DNA of 64,000 bases from Auanema rhodensis (Eukaryota; Animalia; Nematoda): NCBI GenBank assembly GCA_964057225.1, contig OZ059894.1:6386001-6450000 (forward strand), in the 5' to 3' direction. A program made the translations under genes and the position numbers. The notes beneath the pieces are model-generated. The model did no database searches. It saw only the letters and a program-made list of their open reading frames with translations, and was not told the origin of the DNA. This document shows positions 57,848-64,000 of this stretch, piece after piece; position 1 is the stretch's first letter, and the number at the start of each line of letters is the position of its first letter.

Positions 57848-58367
57848 CACGTGATAATTGTCCGATACTCGTGGCATACGCGGCCGATTCTGTTTCATGA
57901 TATGTCTTTAAGGCAAAATTATTGAAGATAACATTCGGACACTGTAGATAAGGCTTTCATTTCAATCTCACCACGTGTTCACACCATGAGAGGGATTCAG
58001 CTCTTTCTTTTTTTTCTGGTTGCGAGAATCGCAGCTAAAAGACAAGATCCAGAATGCAAAATGACCACAGTAAGTTAATATTGTTGTCGGTTCTCAATAT
58101 TTGATCATGTTGTCATTAAAAGTTAAAACATACAATTCTAGCCTCAAATTATTGAGCACTGGGGTTATCCATCACAAACTGCTCATGTTACAACAGAAGA
58201 TGGATATATACTCGAAATGCATCGAATTCCTTTTGGAAAAAATAGTAAACTTTTTTTATTTATTTATTAGTACAACTAGTACAAAGAAGTTCATAAAGGT
58301 TTATTCTGAATGAAATATGGAATACGTGAGTGACGTGAGAAGAAGACGCGTGAGCTTGACACGTGAG
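57848..58367 (+). promoter_or_regulatory. E-box cluster at the lipase promoter and intron 2
   Basis: CACGTG at 57848, 57972 and 58360, four CGTGAG cores within 58323-58367, and TGATAA overlapping the first E-box. Confidence 0.45.
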
Positions 58368-61041
58368 CATGTTATTTCTTATATGAACGCCAAAAGCGGT
58401 TGTAGTAACATTAAACCAAATTTTGAAAATATATGAATGCGAAACTGAGATAGTTTCAGATATGAGTCCGAATCGACCAGTTGTTTTTATGCAGCATGGT
58501 CTCGAATGTAGTAGTTCCAACTGGATTGTAAATACACCAACTGAGAGTGCAGGTAAATATTAATATAGTATATACAATATAATATCTATTGTTTCTTCAG
58601 GTTTCCTTTTTGCTGATGCTGGTTTTGATGTTTGGCTCGGAAACATGAGAGGAAATATGTATAGTAAAAACCATGTTTCTTTGAAGCCAAGACATGATGC
58701 TTTTTGGAAATGGAGGTTTGTTTATAAGGGAGTTATAGCTAAAAGAACAAAAGAAAGAAGTGAAATATTTGTATAATAATATCATGAAATTGATTGAACA
58801 AATACATTTAACGAAATGATAGGTTGACTTTCAGTTGGGATGAGATGCAGAAATACGATTTAGAAGCCATGATTAACCATGTACTTAATGTCACAAATCA
58901 AGATTCCTTGTATTATATTGGTCATTCACAAGGAACATTAACAATGTTTTCTAAGCTGTCTGAACAACAAGAGTTTTCTAAAAAGGTATTTGTTTTTTTT
59001 CCTCTTTTCTTCAATACAGTTTTATTTGATAACTAATTTCAACTTTTCTGACTTTCAGATTAAAAAATTCTTTGCTTTGGCTCCTGTTGGAGCTGTGAAG
59101 CACATCAAGGGCATGCTCAGGTTTTTAGCTGAAAATTTCAGCATTGAACTAGATGTGAACTTTTTAAAAATGATATTATAAGATTATTTCCGTGGTTTAG
59201 GCTTGGTACGATGTTTTTGGAGCTGGTGAATTTATGCCAAACAGTATTATAACGAAAACTGTCGCGACTGCAGTTTGTGGTGGTTTAAAGGTATATCTTT
59301 TAAAATAATTGTGAATATCATGCATAATTAATCCTTTATCAGCAATTAACTAATATTACCCCTTACTTCTGATTATTTATTTTATTTCAGGTTGAGAAGG
59401 AATTGTGTGATAATGTGTTATTCCTTATCGCTGGGCCAGAAAGCAATCAGCTGAATCAGGCTAGAACAAAATTTTTATTTTTTTGATAAATGAAATCATT
59501 GAAAACCATGATCTCCTGTAATTATACTGTTATAGACCCGTGTACCAGTATACTTATCCCACACTCCAGCTGGTACATCATCTATGAACATTCAGCATTG
59601 GCTTCAAATGGTTAAAAAGGGAACAGTTTCGATGTACGACCGTGGAAAGCGGGAGAATGAGAAAGTCTATGGACAGGTAAAGACAAAATGAAAACAGACA
59701 CTTAGACTTATTCTAGTGTTTCTATGGTGCATCAAAACTTGAAAAGAAATTCTTGTACAAATACTCGTGTTAAGAGAAAATGTTTGAAAAATATCAGAAA
59801 AACTCGGATCTTGCAAAAAAAAAATGCTAAATCTGAAACAGATTCTGAAAACACGTAAGGGAAAAACTCGATTAGAGAATTTCGCATGTTTTGCAAGAAC
59901 TGAGTTGTTAGAACAGTTAAAAATATTATATTTACCAATATTATGAGTCCCAAAGATTATTTTCTCTCTGCGTTTTTCACAGCTTCTATTTTTTCGTAAT
60001 AACAGAGATAGATTGGCTCGAATTAGTTAGCAGAAATCTAAAACGTTAGTCAAGCAGTTACAAAATTTTATGAGATAAAACAATGAAAACTCTAACTTTT
60101 TGCTCATTTCCTCTAAGTTACTGATTAATATTTATACCGAACAGCTATGAATATACATCCAACTTCAGTTAAAAAATATTTCAGAATTATATAGGGCAAT
60201 AAATCAATAATATTTTTTTGTTTCTCATTCAAATCCGTGTAGTTTGTCATTTTGCTGAAATGTCTATCATATATCGAACATCCTTTTGACATAATTCCCA
60301 GCTAATCAAATCTAAAATCATCAACCTATCCTACTTGGTGTTCACAAACTACTGGCGTTGTGAGAATTTAAGAACCGAGTGTTGCTAAGAGTGACCAATG
60401 TCAACAAATTACAACTTTTGCAAATTGACGATTCTTTCTTTTCTATTCTTCTTCTTTTCATTACTATTACAAGCTGGTCTGATCAAGGTGAAATGATCTC
60501 TAACACTTATATGTTGAAGACAAAACCGAAAATTAATGGCATTAATACAAATATGTGATTGTGGGAAATAAACTTGCCTCCTTTTATTATATATTATTAT
60601 AATAGAACGTTTTTAGCCTACCCCACCTGAGTATGACTTCACCAAGATTAGAAATCCAATCTATCTTTATTGGGGCGATAGCGACTGGCTTGCTGATCCT
60701 AAAGACATAAGAGAATTCCTTTTCCCAAGGATTAATGACACAGTTGTGGTAAGTGTGTTTAAAATAAAATACAAATGGGAAAAATATAACATTTGCTATA
60801 ACAAAGAGCTGAGATGGAAGTTGAATGTCTGCAATTAAACACGATGTTAACGTAAACTTTTGATCGAAATATGTTTTTTGTATAATAATGTCGATATTTA
60901 CCACTAAAGCGACATTTTTTTAAGGAAAATCATTTCTTCTTTGACTATAATCATTTGGACTTCATTTGGGGACTCAATGCTACAGCTGATATATATATTC
61001 CAATCATCAATCTTCTCAAAAAAGAAAACAATATGCCATAA
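57986..61041 (+). CDS. Lysosomal acid lipase-like protein (nematode lipl family, alpha/beta hydrolase); 11 exons
   Basis: Signal peptide [17 protein letters not shown], then [49 protein letters not shown], nucleophile motif [14 protein letters not shown] (catalytic Asp) and YNHLDFIWG (catalytic His). The stop TAA is at 61039-61041. Confidence 0.95.
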
Positions 61042-61126
61042 AAAACACACTTTGCATAAATATTTTTATAATATTAAAATGTTTATGTACAATCTAATTC
61101 GAAACAAAAAAAAAACAATGAGATAC

Positions 61127-61583
61127 TTAGAATAAGAAATCATATTTGAATTTATCATCCCTAACAGCATTAGAAATAATTTCGTAATCGATAAGGATTC
61201 GCTCACGGCAAGCAGTGAGATCATCATTGTTAGAGTACATGCCTGAAAAGTCATGACCCATAAATTCCCCTAGGAATAATTTTTAAAAGCTTACAGAAAC
61301 TCCAAGCAATATCTAAACCTTTAGATGCATATTGCTTACATTCTTCAGTGCGCTGCTTGCAGAATATATTTTTCACTCGTGTCTCACACTTTTCTCTGTA
61401 TGTTTGGCAGAGATCGTCCTGAAAAAGTAAAACGTTGAACTCATTATTTTTTCGATTTCAATAGATATTGTAATCAAAACTGTTACTTTATCAAAAACTT
61501 ACAATTGGAAATTCAGGCCTTGATGGTAAAGATGAAATTAAAACAACGCAGAAGCAAAGGATAACAACAAACAACTTCTGCAT
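61127..61583 (-). CDS. Small predicted secreted cysteine-rich protein, 106 aa, 3 exons (61583-61503, 61418-61295, 61242-61127), function unknown
   Basis: Two GTAAG...TTTTCAG introns with compatible phases give MQKLFVVILCFCVVLISSLPSRPEFPIDDLCQTYREKCETRVKNIFCKQRTEECKQYASKGLDIAWSFCMYSNNDDLTACRERILIDYEIISNAVRDDKFKYDFLF*. It has a hydrophobic signal peptide and six Cys in the mature part. Confidence 0.85.
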
Positions 61584-63548
61584 TTTTTGTTCTAAACATT
61601 AAAATTATAAAAAATTATAAAAGCTCTCATTATGTTAAATACACGAGAAAATATGCTGAGCAATATCTTTAATGCTGTTACGTTCATGTGACTTGAAAGT
61701 TCTCAAAACATCAATCAATCTAAGAGCATGCATACATATGCATTAAATTTTCTAGAATAAAACATTCGTTCTCTATCGAACAGATGAAATTTTAAAATTG
61801 GTCACATGTTTCTGACCAACAACGGTAATTATGGTTCGGAAACTAAAAACAGGATGACTTCAAGACTACAATACAGTGAATGTCTTGACTTTCTTAGCCA
61901 GGAAAAAAAACATAATTGAAATATGCATTGAATCTGAAAATAAAGTTGACACCGTAAAAAATCTAAATAACAAGTGAAATGAAGACGAAACAATGACTGC
62001 TCCAGCTAAGGAATGGGCCACTCTTTATATAGAAATTAAGCCTGGTACGTCGAGATGGAAAGTCAAATTCAAGCTGTTCTCTTTTAATACGGTTAAATTT
62101 TAAAAGCTTACTGAAAAAACGAGATGTCACGTCTTTTTTTTTGGAAATACAAAGCATTACAATAGCTAGAACAGGTCATTGGTGGGAACTACTTTGCACT
62201 AGTACTGTCGTTTATTAACAACATATCAATTACGATAAGAAAAAATAAAAAAAAAGTAAAAGAAGGAATAAAAAAAGCAGCAATTTGAGAACAAAATGAA
62301 GCCACAATATATAACAAAAGCTGAGTTCTAGTTTTTTTTAAAAAGAAAAGAAAAACGCAAAAATAATTAACTTCGATCAATTGTTCTATTTGGCTAAATT
62401 GACATTCAGTATAGTAGTAGCAGTCATTGCTGAGTTACAGAGAAGATAACAGCTTCAACTATATTCACTGATACAACATCTGCTTCTATTTTTCTAGAAG
62501 TATGTATGTTAAATGGCCAGAAGAGAAGAAATCCCATTATAAACATGTTTAAGGCTTGTATAGAAGTGACTGGATTTATCCAGGCCATTAATTTAATTTC
62601 AATTCACATTCATTTTCATTTTCATCCAAAACTTTATTTAGATCCAGATAACGTTGAACATAAAATGTCAAAAGAATAATTATCAAAGAAAAGAAAGTTG
62701 ACAATCTTAATTGTCTTGCGAAAATAGAACATCAGTGAAAGTGTATCCAGAAATTCTTTAAGAGTTTCATGATAGTTTCGTAGAATTTGTACAAAAGTAT
62801 AAAGATTGGAACAGTTCCGTATTTCATTGAAATAAATTAAAGCAAATTCAAAACGTGGGATTGTAAATATTTATGCAGAAAATGATTGGACTTCATTTTC
62901 CTCAAGAATAGCGGTTACATGGTTGCATTTCTTAAATAAGATGAAACTGACCATACATACGACACTACTTCAATTACAGTCAAGAAAAAGTAGCAAAAAG
63001 ATGAAATGATAATGTTACGCCCATACTATTTGAAAATATCGAAACTTTCTCCAAAACTAAAAAGATCATGATCAGTCCCATCATCACCGCAATACTTTTT
63101 AATTAATGGCAAGAGAAATCGCGAAGACAGTGACAAGCTAGATGAAAACTTATAAGTTGATCGCAACTTTTTTTTAGTGTCTTGTAACTAGGTGGTCTAA
63201 TAATATCCGTTTACTGTCTATTTCAAGAAGAACTAAGGTTGCGTCTTCATATGGAGGTGAAACAAACTATTTTCCAAAACGTTCATTTATACAATTTTAA
63301 TACAATAGATCATCATACTTTGATCTTACTCCTTTAATATGTACATCTTCATCAAGCAAAAGGGTGTTAACAGCAAAACACCTCATTTTAAGGACGTTGA
63401 TCGAAGATTGATAATTCAATATTATTTTTTAAAAACAATCGAAAAATATAAAAAATGTAAAACAGCATTATAAATATCAGATTCATAGTATAAATAAAGA
63501 AAGGTTGATTAAAGTTCGATTTACAAAATCATCAATGAGGCGGAGAAA

Positions 63549-63955
63549 TTATCTATGCGCAAATTGATCTCCAAATTTCTTTTGAATTTTGGCTTTTCGG
63601 ATTGAGTCCAAGACGGCAGATACTCTTTTAACAGTTCGCTTATTAAGGAGTTTTTCGGTGAGACGGTCTCGTAATGCCCTCCCACTTGGAACCCGCTTAG
63701 CGCTTTTTTTCCCATTTAAGGTAAATGACTTCCCAGTTCCAGCTTCGAGATCTCTGTGAAATGATGAATTAAACCGTATAAGAATGTTATAAGAAAAACC
63801 TTATATAGTCTTCGTCCTCTTCATAAATGCATTGTGAACCTTTTGGTTCCGCTGCTAGTGCCTGTTGCCTCCACCGCTCCTCACTCCAATAACTATCTTC
63901 AGTTATAGGGAACCCTTCCGTATCTCTGTCTATTATCGGACCATGAATTGGGCAT
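63549..63955 (-). CDS. UVSSA: UV-stimulated scaffold protein A, last two exons (63955-63800, 63753-63549); gene continues beyond the window
   Basis: CPIHGPIIDRDTEGFP...DEDYIRDLEAGTG...RDRLTEKLLNKRTVKRVSAVLDSIRKAKIQKKFGDQF resembles the UVSSA C-terminus as I recall it (CPFHGKIVPRD; RDVEAATG; KFSNQF). Confidence 0.85.
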
Positions 63956-64000
63956 CTATAAAAACAATCATTCAAAGAACAAACTGATCTACAAACTTTG

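Noticed and set aside
62436-62447. 12-bp match to the U6 core (TACAGAGAAGAT)
   Set aside because: A match of this length is expected by chance and does not extend.

Overview
AT-rich eukaryotic genomic DNA, most likely from a nematode (the U6 matches the C. elegans-type sequence, acceptors are TTTCAG, introns are short). Positions 1-28629 are a head-to-tail array of about 126 visible 226-bp units. The array runs off the left edge and is interrupted by a 200-N gap. Each unit holds one intact-looking U6 snRNA gene on the minus strand plus a 117-bp spacer. The repeated 79-aa ORFs overlap U6 in antisense and are not genes. Near the right edge the array shows apparently real variants: shared SNPs, two interrupted Pol III terminators, an inverted insertion of the U6 3' end, and a decayed unit. 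To the right are a multi-exon FBXO11/dre-1 gene (minus), about 23 kb of largely non-coding DNA, a lysosomal acid lipase of the lipl family (plus), a small secreted 6-Cys protein gene missed by the ORF track (minus), and the 3' end of UVSSA (minus). All gene models were assembled by hand without database searches.
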